Source: a virus
Taxonomy: Duplodnaviria; Caudoviricetes
IMG/VR virus record: IMGVR_UViG_3300014153_000001
Coordinates: 1-55,532 of that record
DNA: 55,532 nucleotides
Strand: one strand, 5' to 3'
Shown: piece by piece, positions 17,535 to 26,782 of the stretch
Numbering within the stretch: position 1 is the stretch's first letter
How the letters are laid out: the number at the start of each line of letters is the position of its first letter
Notes under the pieces: generated by a model
Seen by the model: only the letters and a program-made list of their open reading frames with translations
The model's database searches: none
Told to the model about the DNA's origin: nothing
Translations under genes and position numbers: made by a program

Positions 17535-17953
17535 AGCGGGACTACCGATTCAAGGGACCCTGGCGGGGTTCTCTTCGCCGACGAGTGCTCGCCATCTGGG
17601 GTGCGCGCTGCGCCATGTGTGGATGGCCCGGCACTGACGGCAAAGGCAACGGTTTGCATCTCGCTCACCTCGTCCCTGCGCCAATCGGCGCCGCCGACGA
17701 GACCAACCTGGTCCCCCTGTGTGCCAGTTGCCACCGCCGGTTCGACGCACGCCGCAACGCTGCCGCCGACGCTGATACCCCCAGTCTCGATAATCGTTTC
17801 GACTCGCCCTCTACACCGTCGTTTGAACTCGGCCGAATTACTGCAAATTCTTCGAGAAATGTCGACGGATCATGCTCAGTGGGCGCAGGTTCCCCCGCCT
17901 TCTCGTCACGCTATGCGGGCATTGTCGTCGGTTGCGACGAGTCGGGGGACTGA
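17531..17953 (+). CDS. HNH endonuclease (terminase-associated)
   Basis: CAMCG...LAHLVP...NLVPLCASCH; precedes terS. Confidence 0.8.
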   Translation: MKRDYRFKGPWRGSLRRRVLAIWGARCAMCGWPGTDGKGNGLHLAHLVPAPIGAADETNLVPLCASCHRRFDARRNAAADADTPSLDNRFDSPSTPSFELGRITANSSRNVDGSCSVGAGSPAFSSRYAGIVVGCDESGD

Positions 17954-18411
17954 TGGCGACTCCTGGCCCGAAGCCGAAGCCGACTCATCTGAAGATCCTC
18001 CACGGGAACCCGGGCGGGCGCGCCCTCAACAAGAACGAGCCGAAGCCGCGCGCCAAGCGCCCATCGTGCCCACGGGACTTCTCGGATGACGCGAAGAAGG
18101 CCTGGCGTAGCGCCTGCACCGAACTCGAGGCAATGGGGATGCTCCACTCGGCCGATCGGGAGTTGTTGATCGTCTTCTGCGAGGCGGTGGCTCAACACCG
18201 GCAGGCCTGTCGGGCCGTCCGTACCGCCGGGGTGCTGATCAAGGGCCGATCGGCCGGAGTGATCAAGAACCCCGCTTGCCAGATCGTGCGCGACAGCGCT
18301 GGCACGATCACCCGCGTCGCTGCCGAACTCGGGCTGTCCCCCTCGGCCCGGTCGAGACTTAGCGTGCCCACCGCCGACGAAGACGACCTGACCAGGAAGT
18401 ACCTGTCGTGA
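17953..18411 (+). CDS. terS: terminase small subunit (P27 family)
   Basis: GPKPKPTHLKILHGNPG...KNPA...ELGLSPSARSRL. Confidence 0.92.
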   Translation: MATPGPKPKPTHLKILHGNPGGRALNKNEPKPRAKRPSCPRDFSDDAKKAWRSACTELEAMGMLHSADRELLIVFCEAVAQHRQACRAVRTAGVLIKGRSAGVIKNPACQIVRDSAGTITRVAAELGLSPSARSRLSVPTADEDDLTRKYLS

Positions 18412-18423
18412 GGCACCGAGCTC

Positions 18424-20022
18424 ATGCCTCGACACAATGAACGCGCCTTCTCCCCTGAACGAGCGGACCATGTCCAGGGGTTCTTCGAGGAGCTGCTCGT
18501 CCACACGAAAGGGCGATGGGCTCGCAAACCGTTCGTCTTGGCGGACTTCCAGCGTGACGAGATCATCCGACCACTGTTCGGCACTCTGCGATGGGACTCG
18601 CAGATCGAACGCTGGGTGCGGGCCTACACGCTGGCCTGGATTGAGGTGGCGAGGAAGAACGGGAAGTCGGAACTCGTTGCCGGCTGCGGCTTGTATCTGT
18701 TGTGTGCTGACGGTGAAGAAGAGTCCGAAGTGTTTGGTTGTGCCAAGGACCGCGACCAGGCCAGCGTCATCTACCAGGTGGCAAAGCGCATGGTGCAGCT
18801 CTCGCCGATCCTCAGCCGACGTCTCACCATCGTCGACTCCAAGAGACGCATTATCGACGAGAAGACCGGGTCCTACTATCAGGTCGTCCCGGCCGACGCT
18901 GGCGGGCAGCTCGGTCTCAACCCTCACGGCGTGTTGTTCGACGAGGTCATCACCCAGCCGAGTCGTGAGCTGTGGGACGAGCTCAAGACCGGGATGGGCA
19001 CCCGAGACCAGCCGCTCATGCTCGCAGCCACGACTGCTGGCAACGATCCAGGGGCCATGGCCGCCGAGGAGCATCTGCACTCCGAGGTCGTGCTCCGGGA
19101 CCCCTCGATCGACCCGGCGCGGTTCGTATTCATGCGGAATACTCCGACCGAAGGCGATTGGAAAGACGAGAAGAACTGGTACTACGCCAACCCGGCCCTC
19201 GAGAAGGGGCGCGGCGGCGGGTTCTTGCGGATCCAGATCTTGCGCGACGAAGCCAAGGAGGCCGAGCGCAACCCACGCAAGCAGAATGCCTTCCGCCAAT
19301 ATCGGCTCAACGAGTGGGTTCGGCAGATCACCCGATGGCTCGACATGGGCGTCTGGGACGAGAACGCTGGCATTGTACGAGAGGAGGATCTTGCAGGGAA
19401 GACCTGCTATGGCGGGCTCGACATGGCCTCGACCACCGACTTCGCTGCCTGGGTCCTCTACTTCCCCGGGGCGATCGAGCTTCCTGACGACGCCGGGCAC
19501 GCCAACGCCGTCCTGGCTCGCTTCTGGCTTCCCGAGGCAGCCGTCAAGGCGCGCAAGGACATACGCGACGTGCTACATCTGTGGGCCCGTGCCGGGCGGC
19601 TCACGATCACACCCGGCGATGTCATCGACCACGACGCCGTCCGCCTTCAGATCGACCGCGACGCACGCGCCTTCCGGTTGCTCAGGGTGGGTTACGACCG
19701 ATGGGGCTCGAACGAGATCGTCCAGTGGCTCAAGAAGCGCCTGCCCGAGGCGAACGTGGTCGGCGTCGCACAGACCACCACTGCCCTCAATGCCCCGTCG
19801 AAAGAACTCGAGCGGCAACTCGGTCTCCGCCTGCTGCGTCACGGCGGGCATCCGGTGCTTCGCTGGATGGCAGACAACGTCGAGGCGCGTACCGACTCGA
19901 ACGGCAACATCAAGCCCGATCGGGCAAAGTCCCGTGAGAAGATCGACGGGATCGCTGCCCTGGTCGACGCCGTGTCCGTCGCCATGGAAGAACCGAAGAC
20001 GGCCTTCGCGTTTGTTCTTTAG
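18424..20022 (+). CDS. terL: terminase large subunit
   Basis: VARKNGKS, FDE, TTAG, GGLDMAS, KIDG. Confidence 0.96.
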   Translation: MPRHNERAFSPERADHVQGFFEELLVHTKGRWARKPFVLADFQRDEIIRPLFGTLRWDSQIERWVRAYTLAWIEVARKNGKSELVAGCGLYLLCADGEEESEVFGCAKDRDQASVIYQVAKRMVQLSPILSRRLTIVDSKRRIIDEKTGSYYQVVPADAGGQLGLNPHGVLFDEVITQPSRELWDELKTGMGTRDQPLMLAATTAGNDPGAMAAEEHLHSEVVLRDPSIDPARFVFMRNTPTEGDWKDEKNWYYANPALEKGRGGGFLRIQILRDEAKEAERNPRKQNAFRQYRLNEWVRQITRWLDMGVWDENAGIVREEDLAGKTCYGGLDMASTTDFAAWVLYFPGAIELPDDAGHANAVLARFWLPEAAVKARKDIRDVLHLWARAGRLTITPGDVIDHDAVRLQIDRDARAFRLLRVGYDRWGSNEIVQWLKKRLPEANVVGVAQTTTALNAPSKELERQLGLRLLRHGGHPVLRWMADNVEARTDSNGNIKPDRAKSREKIDGIAALVDAVSVAMEEPKTAFAFVL

Positions 20023-20034
20023 TAGGAGTTGACC

Positions 20035-20259
20035 ATGCCACTTCGTCTCATCGGACCCGACGGCAAGTCCCAACTCGAAGTATCCGGGTCACCCGTGGCC
20101 CCGGGCCTCGGGACCATCGAAGAAGGAGAGAAGATGCCCCGCACCGACCGCCAACTCGACACCGAGCGTCCCGATCAGAGCGACGAACGCCGTCGTGCCC
20201 GCGAGAAGGGTGCCAAGCGCAAGACCGCCGAAGCCAAAGACAAGGAGAAGACCAAATGA
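20035..20259 (+). CDS. hypothetical protein
   Basis: AGGAG SD; coupled to next gene. Confidence 0.5.
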   Translation: MPLRLIGPDGKSQLEVSGSPVAPGLGTIEEGEKMPRTDRQLDTERPDQSDERRRAREKGAKRKTAEAKDKEKTK

Positions 20260-20795
20260 CCACTCCCATGCTTCTGCTGATCGCCATCGAGCTACTACTT
20301 GCCGCTCTGGTCTTTGCTGGTCGTTCGCTCTATCGCCTGGGCGTCCGCAACGGTGCGAAGAGCGTCGCTGTCGTCGGCGAAGCGGTCAGCTCTCTCGACC
20401 CCGTTACCCGCGCCTTCGAGGTACCCCAGGCGCCCCAAGGGCTCGACGTGATGCACGTTGTCGAGGACGCCTCAGCACAAGACAGCCCAGGGCATGCCGC
20501 CAGAGACCGCCTGATCGCTCACGGCAGTCTGCATCCTCTCCCTGACGCGGTCCCCGTGGTTGCCGAGCCCGAGCCCTCGTGGCTTCACGCGCTCATGGCC
20601 ACCCAGGTCATCGTGCACACCACCGACGATCGTTCGATCGAGGGACTCCTCGTCATGGAATCGACGAAAGGCATCATTCTGCGCAACGCGAAGCTTCTCG
20701 ACGAAGGCCGTGCACCGGTACCGATGGCCGGCGAGACATGGTTGCCCAAGGAGAGCATCTTCATCGTGCAGGTGCCGGGGACACAGGCGGCATGA
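20256..20795 (+). CDS. membrane-anchored protein with Sm-like C-terminal domain
   Basis: N-terminal TM helix; VIVHT...IEGLL...IILRNA...LP...I..VQ. Confidence 0.55.
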   Translation: MTTPMLLLIAIELLLAALVFAGRSLYRLGVRNGAKSVAVVGEAVSSLDPVTRAFEVPQAPQGLDVMHVVEDASAQDSPGHAARDRLIAHGSLHPLPDAVPVVAEPEPSWLHALMATQVIVHTTDDRSIEGLLVMESTKGIILRNAKLLDEGRAPVPMAGETWLPKESIFIVQVPGTQAA

Positions 20796-20962
20796 AGAGC
20801 CGCACCGTCGTCGTCAAGGAGAAATCGGGACTGACTCTCGCTCAGCTTGCGGATTTCGTTTCGACTGCTCGGAATGACGGGGTCTCCGACAGCGCGGTCG
20901 TTGGGGCGCGCGTGACCTGGGGCCGCAAGCTGATGGAAGTCTCGGTGGAGGTGAAGACGTAG
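20792..20962 (+). CDS. small hypothetical protein
   Basis: ATGA-coupled, 56 aa. Confidence 0.5.
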   Translation: MKSRTVVVKEKSGLTLAQLADFVSTARNDGVSDSAVVGARVTWGRKLMEVSVEVKT

Positions 20963-20964
20963 AG

Positions 20965-21552
20965 ATGCCTCCGAGAAGGCCGAAGACGATGCCAGCGGGC
21001 GGGCGGATCCACCCGGATCTCGCCGCGCTTGCCTACCCGATTGCCAAGTTGACGCCACTCGACGGGAACCCGAACAAGGGCGACGTCGAGGCGGTCATGC
21101 GCAGCTTTCGGACCTTCGGGCAGCGCAAGCCGATCGTGGCTCGTCGACGTCCCGACGGGGTCGAGGAGGTCACGGCCGGCAATCACGGGCTCGAGGCGGC
21201 CAAGCGACTCGGGTGGACCGAGATCGCTGTCGTGTGGAGCGACGACGACGATGTCACAGCTAAGGCCTGGGCGTTGGCGGACAATCACACAGCGCAGCTC
21301 GCCACGACCGACCCCGAGGCTCTGGCCGCCATGCTCAGCGACGTCTCGGTCTCCACGGAGCTGCTCGCCGCGACCGCGTACACCGAGGCGGATCTGGCGA
21401 AGCTCGTGCCGGGCGGCGCCGACGATCAGACCGACGAGCTCGGCACCGGCGTCTACGCGGTAGTGATCCCCTGCCGGGACGAAGCCGAGCAGCTCGAGCT
21501 GGTGCACCGCTTCATGGAGGAGGGACTCGTATGCCGCGCTGTCGTTTCGTAA
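20965..21552 (+). CDS. ParB/Srx-like domain protein
   Basis: NPNKGDV...SFRTFGQRKPIV...AGNHG.EAA..LGW...ALADN. Confidence 0.85.
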   Translation: MPPRRPKTMPAGGRIHPDLAALAYPIAKLTPLDGNPNKGDVEAVMRSFRTFGQRKPIVARRRPDGVEEVTAGNHGLEAAKRLGWTEIAVVWSDDDDVTAKAWALADNHTAQLATTDPEALAAMLSDVSVSTELLAATAYTEADLAKLVPGGADDQTDELGTGVYAVVIPCRDEAEQLELVHRFMEEGLVCRAVVS

Positions 21553-22646
21553 GAAGCACGGAGATCACCCGGACGCCGCGCGTTGTCCAGTGCGAGGGAA
21601 TCTTCGACGTACCGGCAGCGAGCCAGAGTGAGCTCAGCTGGGACGTGGACCTGCCGATCGAGGACAAGAACTGGCAGATCGGACTCATCGTCGGCCCGTC
21701 GGGGTCGGGGAAGTCGGTACTCCTCGAGGAGATGTTCCGCAAGCCTAAGATGCCGCGCTGGCCCAAGACGGCCGCCGTGGTGGACGGCTTCCCCGAGTCG
21801 ATGCCGGTGCGCGACATCACCGGGGCACTGTCGGCCGTCGGGTTCTCGTCGCCTCCCTCGTGGCTGCGGCCCTACAACGTGCTCTCCAACGGGGAGCGCT
21901 TCCGGGCCGATCTTGCGCGTCTGCTCGCCGAGTCGGCCGATGACGATCTGACTGTGATCGATGAGTTCACCTCGGTCGTCGATCGCACCGTGGCGAAGGT
22001 CGCCTCTGCGGCCGTGGCGAAGCACGTGCGACGTGGCACCAAGCGGCTCGTCGTCGCCTCGTGCCACTACGACATCGTCGACTGGCTGCAACCGGACTGG
22101 CAGTATGACACCGGCAGTGCCACGTTCGAATGGAGGTGTCTTCAACCCCGACCCCGCATCGAGCTCGAGATCTATCGCAGCACCCCCGCGGCGTGGGAGA
22201 CCTTCCGTCGTCATCACTATCTGACCGCCGAACTCCACCGTGGGGCGGCGTGCTTCGTCGGGCTCGTCGAGGGGCGCCCGGCTGTGTTCACTTCGGCGAT
22301 CAAGATGCCGCATCGCAACTCCAAGAATCTGATCCGGGGCCACCGTACCGTGTGTCTCCCCGACTTCCAGGGAGTGGGGATCGGCAATGCCATGGCAGAG
22401 ACCGTCGCGAGCTGTTATCGGGCCCGGGGGATGCGTTGGCGGGCGACAGTGAGCTCGCCGGCGATGATTCGCTACCGGGCCCGCTCGCCGCTCTGGCGCA
22501 TGGATCGCAAACCGTCCTTCGTCGCCCCGCAGGGCCGATCGAGCGGGCTGAAGCGCATCGTCAGCTCGACGTCGCGCCTCACAGCCACGTTCGAGTACGT
22601 GGGCCCGCCGGCGTCAGCGGAGCAGGCGACGGCATTGCTTGGGTAG
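21531..22646 (+). CDS. ABC-type ATPase fused to Mom-like GNAT acetyltransferase
   Basis: GPSGSGKS, LSNGE, IDEFTSVVDR, SCH; FRRHHYL, RTVCLPDFQGVGIG. Confidence 0.85.
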   Translation: MPRCRFVRSTEITRTPRVVQCEGIFDVPAASQSELSWDVDLPIEDKNWQIGLIVGPSGSGKSVLLEEMFRKPKMPRWPKTAAVVDGFPESMPVRDITGALSAVGFSSPPSWLRPYNVLSNGERFRADLARLLAESADDDLTVIDEFTSVVDRTVAKVASAAVAKHVRRGTKRLVVASCHYDIVDWLQPDWQYDTGSATFEWRCLQPRPRIELEIYRSTPAAWETFRRHHYLTAELHRGAACFVGLVEGRPAVFTSAIKMPHRNSKNLIRGHRTVCLPDFQGVGIGNAMAETVASCYRARGMRWRATVSSPAMIRYRARSPLWRMDRKPSFVAPQGRSSGLKRIVSSTSRLTATFEYVGPPASAEQATALLG

Positions 22647-23018
22647 ATCCCAGAGGCTCTGTTGCCCTGGCGTCTTGAAAGCGCGAGAGAGCGGACGAGG
22701 ATCGTCAAGCAGCCAGTGCCAGCAGCCCGGGCGCGCCCACTTCGAGCGAGAGTCATCGACGACGTCGAGCAACTCGACAGTCCCGAGGATCGCACCCAGC
22801 GGCCCGTCGACGTCGGGGTAGAGCTCGACGCCCTCGCTGTCGGGACGACTCGCAGCGTGGATCGCCAGCCGCCCGCGGTAGTTGGTGCTCCACGTGCGAT
22901 TCTCGACGTCCTTGGCGCCCGACATGATGAGGCTCGCCCACGGCTGACGCACGCTGAGCGTCTTCAGAACGGCTCGAACTCCGTCGCCGTCGATGTCGAA
23001 ACTGCGCTGGGTCGCCAC
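22614..23018 (-). CDS. ASCH domain protein
   Basis: LSVRQPWASLI..G.KDVENR.W...RG.LAIHA; GGAGG SD 7 nt before GTG. Confidence 0.88.
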   Translation of the reverse strand: MATQRSFDIDGDGVRAVLKTLSVRQPWASLIMSGAKDVENRTWSTNYRGRLAIHAASRPDSEGVELYPDVDGPLGAILGTVELLDVVDDSRSKWARPGCWHWLLDDPRPLSRAFKTPGQQSLWDLPKQCRRLLR

Positions 23019-23539
23019 TGTGCTGCCTCCTCTCGCTCTTCGTCCTCTTGAGCAGTCAGCTCGGTGAGATAAGCCTCGCACGTCACTCTGACAGCGAAGA
23101 GGGTGCTCAGTCGATAGAGCGGGTGCGGGAACAGGTCGTCGAGATCGTGACCTCCGACGCTTGCAACGCGTCGAGCGCGCTCGGGGCCCCCTCTCATGTG
23201 GCGTGGTCGCGTGCGTAGCCAGCGGGCGTAGTCGACGACTCGAGTGCAGCGCAGCCAGTCGCTCATCGCCTCGTCGACGTTGGCGTGATAGCGATCGGCG
23301 ATCACGTCGGGCCCGTCAGCGAGCGAGTCGACCCAGTTGCGTCGGATGCGCTGTCGCTCGGGTTGCGAGAGGTGCCAGTACCAGTTCCACTCGCCACCGA
23401 TCTCCCCTCTCGGGGGAGCGATGACGAGAGCGCCATGGGCTTCTAGCTGCCCGTAGGCGTCGCTCGCTGCGGCTTCGATCTCTGTCATGATCTCGCGTCT
23501 GATCGCGCTCACGGGGTCGTAGGCGGTTGTCGTGCTCAT
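22964..23539 (-). CDS. hypothetical protein
   Basis: Coupled within the minus-strand operon. Confidence 0.65.
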   Translation of the reverse strand: MSTTTAYDPVSAIRREIMTEIEAAASDAYGQLEAHGALVIAPPRGEIGGEWNWYWHLSQPERQRIRRNWVDSLADGPDVIADRYHANVDEAMSDWLRCTRVVDYARWLRTRPRHMRGGPERARRVASVGGHDLDDLFPHPLYRLSTLFAVRVTCEAYLTELTAQEDEEREEAAQWRPSAVSTSTATEFEPF

Positions 23540-23745
23540 TGTTCGCGCTCGGCGCAGTAGGAGCAGAGCTCGTCACCGGCTTGGATGTCATCGAACGTCA
23601 GCTCGTTCCCACAGTCAGCGTTCTCGCAGTGAAACGGGCGGGCGAAACTGCCATCAGGCTCGTCGAGCAACGCGGGCTCGACCCAGTTCAGATGCCCGTC
23701 TGTCCCGAACAGGCGACCTTCGTCGTGGTAGCTGCGGGCGGTCAT
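23536..23745 (-). CDS. small Zn-finger protein
   Basis: CENADC...CSYC. Confidence 0.6.
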   Translation of the reverse strand: MTARSYHDEGRLFGTDGHLNWVEPALLDEPDGSFARPFHCENADCGNELTFDDIQAGDELCSYCAEREQ

Positions 23746-24614
23746 GACTGCACGCTCTCGGCGACGATGCCCTCGGGTTCGAGAACGCTGAGGATCGCGT
23801 GCGACGTCTTGATCACTCGGTCGGCGGTCGAGCGCACCACGTCGGCGTCGCCGTCAGCCCAGCGGGCCACGTAGGGGAAGGTGTAGACGTCAGTCGACAT
23901 CCCGAACGCTTGGCAGACGAGGTGGGCGACGGACTCGGCTTCGACTTCCTTGACGCCCCGGCACTCGAACAGCTCGCCCTCGTGGAGGATGACGTGCGCT
24001 AGCTCGTGCGTGAGCGTCTTCACTCGCTGCGCATCTGAGAGCCCATGCCGGATCGTGACGGTGTGGTCGGCGTAGTTCGTCTGCCCGTTCGCTGTGCCGA
24101 GCAGCTCGATGGACGCTTGCTCGGACCAGCAGGTCGCGAGCTCGAACCCGGCCTCGATGACGAGCTGGGCGAGAGACTCCCAGGCACCCTCGGGTGCTTC
24201 GCCGGCGAGCAGCTCGGGCAGCACGTCGGGGATCTCTTCGCCGTCAGTCTGCGAGATGTCGAAGACGTGGGTGGTGGTGAAGCCCCGGATGCCGGTCATG
24301 CTCAGCTCTTCGCCGGACTCTTCGTCGGTCCACGTGCGGCGGAATTTGCAGGGAGCGAGGATGAGGATGCCCTTCTCACCTTTGCGCACTTGGCGCCCGA
24401 GCGCTTGCCACGCTCTGTACCCGGCGACTCTCGTCGCGTCGGGGCGCTGCAGCATGATTAGAAAGACATTGTTGGCGCTGTAGCGGTGGAAGTGGGAAGC
24501 GGTAGCGAGCATCGCTGCCCAGTTATCCCCACTTACGAGGGACTCGACGGCCGTCACGAGATCATCGTGGGCGGCTTCAAGACGCTCGGCTCGCTGGGTG
24601 TTAGCTTCTGTCAT
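23742..24614 (-). CDS. ArdC-like ssDNA-binding antirestriction protein with zincin motif
   Basis: YSANN..LI..Q...VAGY..W...GRQVRKGEK, VFDISQT, HELAH, EVEAE. Confidence 0.88.
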   Translation of the reverse strand: MTEANTQRAERLEAAHDDLVTAVESLVSGDNWAAMLATASHFHRYSANNVFLIMLQRPDATRVAGYRAWQALGRQVRKGEKGILILAPCKFRRTWTDEESGEELSMTGIRGFTTTHVFDISQTDGEEIPDVLPELLAGEAPEGAWESLAQLVIEAGFELATCWSEQASIELLGTANGQTNYADHTVTIRHGLSDAQRVKTLTHELAHVILHEGELFECRGVKEVEAESVAHLVCQAFGMSTDVYTFPYVARWADGDADVVRSTADRVIKTSHAILSVLEPEGIVAESVQS

Positions 24615-24643
24615 GTCAGGGCCTCCTCTGAAGGTTCTGATCG

Positions 24644-24723
24644 GGCCCGGGAGTGTTGTCGCACTGCCCGGGCCATCTCTGTTTGCTACTGATAAGCCTA
24701 CGCTCTGCTAGCAGCTGGGGCAA
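24644..24723 (-). promoter_or_regulatory. SigA-type promoter and 5' leader hairpin of the ArdC operon
   Basis: TTGCCC-N17-TAGGCT (24723-24695); hairpin 24644-24674; GAGGAGG SD. Confidence 0.65.
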
Positions 24724-24854
24724 GTGCTTGTGTGCCCCCTGAGCTGCGAAAACGTGTTTTCTAGCTAGCCAGTGGCAAGCCATCTGCTAGCCACGGTTAG
24801 CACTGTTTGCCAGTGGCAAGCCTTTGCTTCCTGTGGCTAACCGCTCCCCCGTCG

Positions 24855-24883
24855 TCTAGCCCGCGAGCACACTCGACGGCATG
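24855..24883 (+). promoter_or_regulatory. late leaderless promoter motif copy 1
   Basis: TCTAGC-N7-CACACT-N7-ATG. Confidence 0.75.
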
Positions 24884-25249
24884 ACCTTCCCGCGAGATCC
24901 CGGCTTCGAAACAGGCATCCCACCCGGCGGCGCTCAGTCGACGGTCCTCGCCAAGAACAGCGCGGCTGACGGCGACACCAAGTGGGCGACCGCCGTGTCA
25001 GGCGTGACTATCCCGCAGACTCACATCGCGGCCGCGTCTGCCCCGGCAGCGGCGACGTCCTCGCAGAACTCGACCACGGTGGCGAGCGACCCGGCGAGCG
25101 TCATCACACTAGCCAACGCGTTGCAGACCAGCTACAACGCCGCCCAGGTCGACGTCGCCGCGCTCATCACGGAGCTCGCCGCGCTCACGACGAAATACAA
25201 CACGCTCCTCACCGAGCTGCAGACCGCCGGCATCCTCGCCTCGAGCTGA
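24881..25249 (+). CDS. head fibre/decoration-like protein
   Basis: GGAQSTVLAK....D.D..W and C-terminal KYNTLL..L...GIL trimeric-coil motif. Confidence 0.6.
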   Translation: MTFPRDPGFETGIPPGGAQSTVLAKNSAADGDTKWATAVSGVTIPQTHIAAASAPAAATSSQNSTTVASDPASVITLANALQTSYNAAQVDVAALITELAALTTKYNTLLTELQTAGILASS

Positions 25250-25259
25250 GGCAGGCGGC

Positions 25260-25288
25260 CCTAGCCGCCGAGGATCATCGAGGTCGTG
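25260..25288 (+). promoter_or_regulatory. late motif copy 2
   Basis: CCTAGC-N7-GATCAT-N7-GTG. Confidence 0.7.
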
Positions 25289-26758
25289 CAGGTCCTCGCG
25301 CCCGACGGCAGTTACCGCACCATCCCGAGCCGGAATCGCAGCTGGCCACTAGCCGGCACGCGCTATCAGCAGGAGTTCACGCAGTCGTGGGCAGGGCTTC
25401 GACTCTCGGCGCTCCCCACCGGCGAGTCGCGCATCCTCGCCTACCGGCGCATCTATCGCGGCAACCCCTGGGTTTACTCAGCGGTCAATGCGGTCGCCCA
25501 GGGAGTCGCATCATTCCCGCTCCGGGTCTACGGCTGGGGCAAGGACGGCGAGCGTCTCCCATACCGGGCGGAGCTCCCGAACACGCCCGGGCCCCTGAAT
25601 GCCGCCATGAAGCTGGCGAAGCTGCTCGCATACCCGGCGCCGTTCATCTCCCGGCGGCGCACAGTGCGCCGGCCTGTGGTCGACAAGATGGTCTACGGGA
25701 ACGGCTTGCTGGCGAAAGAGCCCGACGGCATGGGCGGCGTGGCGTCGCTCTACAACGTCCCTTGGCGCGAGGTCTCCGTCATCGCCGGCACCGAGGTCCC
25801 TGTCGTGGGCTTTCGCATCATGGGCACGGCCGGCACGCGCGTGTGGGCGCTCGAGGACGCCGTGCAGTTCGGCGAGGGCGATCCTGACTCGCCCATCTCG
25901 CCGTCACCGCTCGAGCCGCTGCAGTGGACGATCGCCCTCATGGACGCGATGAGCCGCAACATCGTCGCCTTCTTCCAGAACGGCGTGCGCTCGAGCGGCG
26001 TCCTGAAGCTCCCGCAGATGCCCGAGGATCGGGAACTCGCGATCATCCGCGAGCAGATCCAGCAGCTCTACTCGGGGAACGAGAACGCCGGCAAGCCGCT
26101 CATCACCTCCGGTGAGTGGTCTCCCATGTCGACCGGCTTCAACTACTCGGACATCGTCGAGCTCTCCCGCCTTTCCCGGGAGGAAGTGGCCACCGCCTAC
26201 CGGATCCCCCCGCCGGTGATGGGCATCCTCGACAAGGCCATAAAGGCGAATGTGGAGGAGTTGCGCGAGCAGTTTCTCCGCGACGTGCTCGCCCCGTATG
26301 CCTCGGAATTCACCGACGAGATCGACGCGCAACTGATCGACCCTGTTCCGCAGTGGTCGGGTCTCACGAGCGGCTTCGACATGTCGGGGCAAATGCTCCC
26401 GGATCTCGAGGCTCTCGCCGTAGCGTTCAAGGAACTCAAGCGAGTTTTCACGCTGAATGAGCTCCGCCGCATGGCCGGTCTTGCCGACCTGCCCTTCGAA
26501 TGGGCGAACCAGCCGTGGATGGAGCCCGGCTCGCTCCCCGCAGGACTCGCCCCGCAAGGTGCCACCCTCAACCCCGACGACATCACTGACCCCGAGGCCG
26601 ACCAGGCGATGCCAGGCGATGACGAGGTGGAGGACGGGGACGACGCCCAGGAGGAGGCATCCATCGCCAGGCGACCGACTGCTGGTCGCCTCGGCCCCGC
26701 CCCCGTGCTGACCGAGCGAGCGCTCGCTGCCGCGAACGGGAACGGTCACACGCTCTAG
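25286..26758 (+). CDS. HK97-family portal protein
   Basis: VYSAV..VA..VAS.PL, YGNG, SPLE, FFQNG...SGVL, G.ENAGK, AYRIPP, TLNELR. Confidence 0.93.
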   Translation: MQVLAPDGSYRTIPSRNRSWPLAGTRYQQEFTQSWAGLRLSALPTGESRILAYRRIYRGNPWVYSAVNAVAQGVASFPLRVYGWGKDGERLPYRAELPNTPGPLNAAMKLAKLLAYPAPFISRRRTVRRPVVDKMVYGNGLLAKEPDGMGGVASLYNVPWREVSVIAGTEVPVVGFRIMGTAGTRVWALEDAVQFGEGDPDSPISPSPLEPLQWTIALMDAMSRNIVAFFQNGVRSSGVLKLPQMPEDRELAIIREQIQQLYSGNENAGKPLITSGEWSPMSTGFNYSDIVELSRLSREEVATAYRIPPPVMGILDKAIKANVEELREQFLRDVLAPYASEFTDEIDAQLIDPVPQWSGLTSGFDMSGQMLPDLEALAVAFKELKRVFTLNELRRMAGLADLPFEWANQPWMEPGSLPAGLAPQGATLNPDDITDPEADQAMPGDDEVEDGDDAQEEASIARRPTAGRLGPAPVLTERALAAANGNGHTL

Positions 26759-26782
26759 CCGACAGCGACGCTGGCACCCATG
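26754..26782 (+). promoter_or_regulatory. late motif copy 3
   Basis: TCTAGC-N7-GACGCT-N7-ATG; the TAG is the portal stop. Confidence 0.75.

Noticed and set aside
17760-17950. cos site
   Set aside because: Plausible from the HNH-terS-terL arrangement but no specific sequence can be assigned
17911-20032. Long alternative-frame and antisense ORFs over terL (531 and 529 aa)
   Set aside because: Expected shadow ORFs of high-GC codon bias; no motifs
22964-22967. CTG start for ASCH in a CTGA overlap
   Set aside because: An in-frame GTG at 23018 with a GGAGG SD explains initiation
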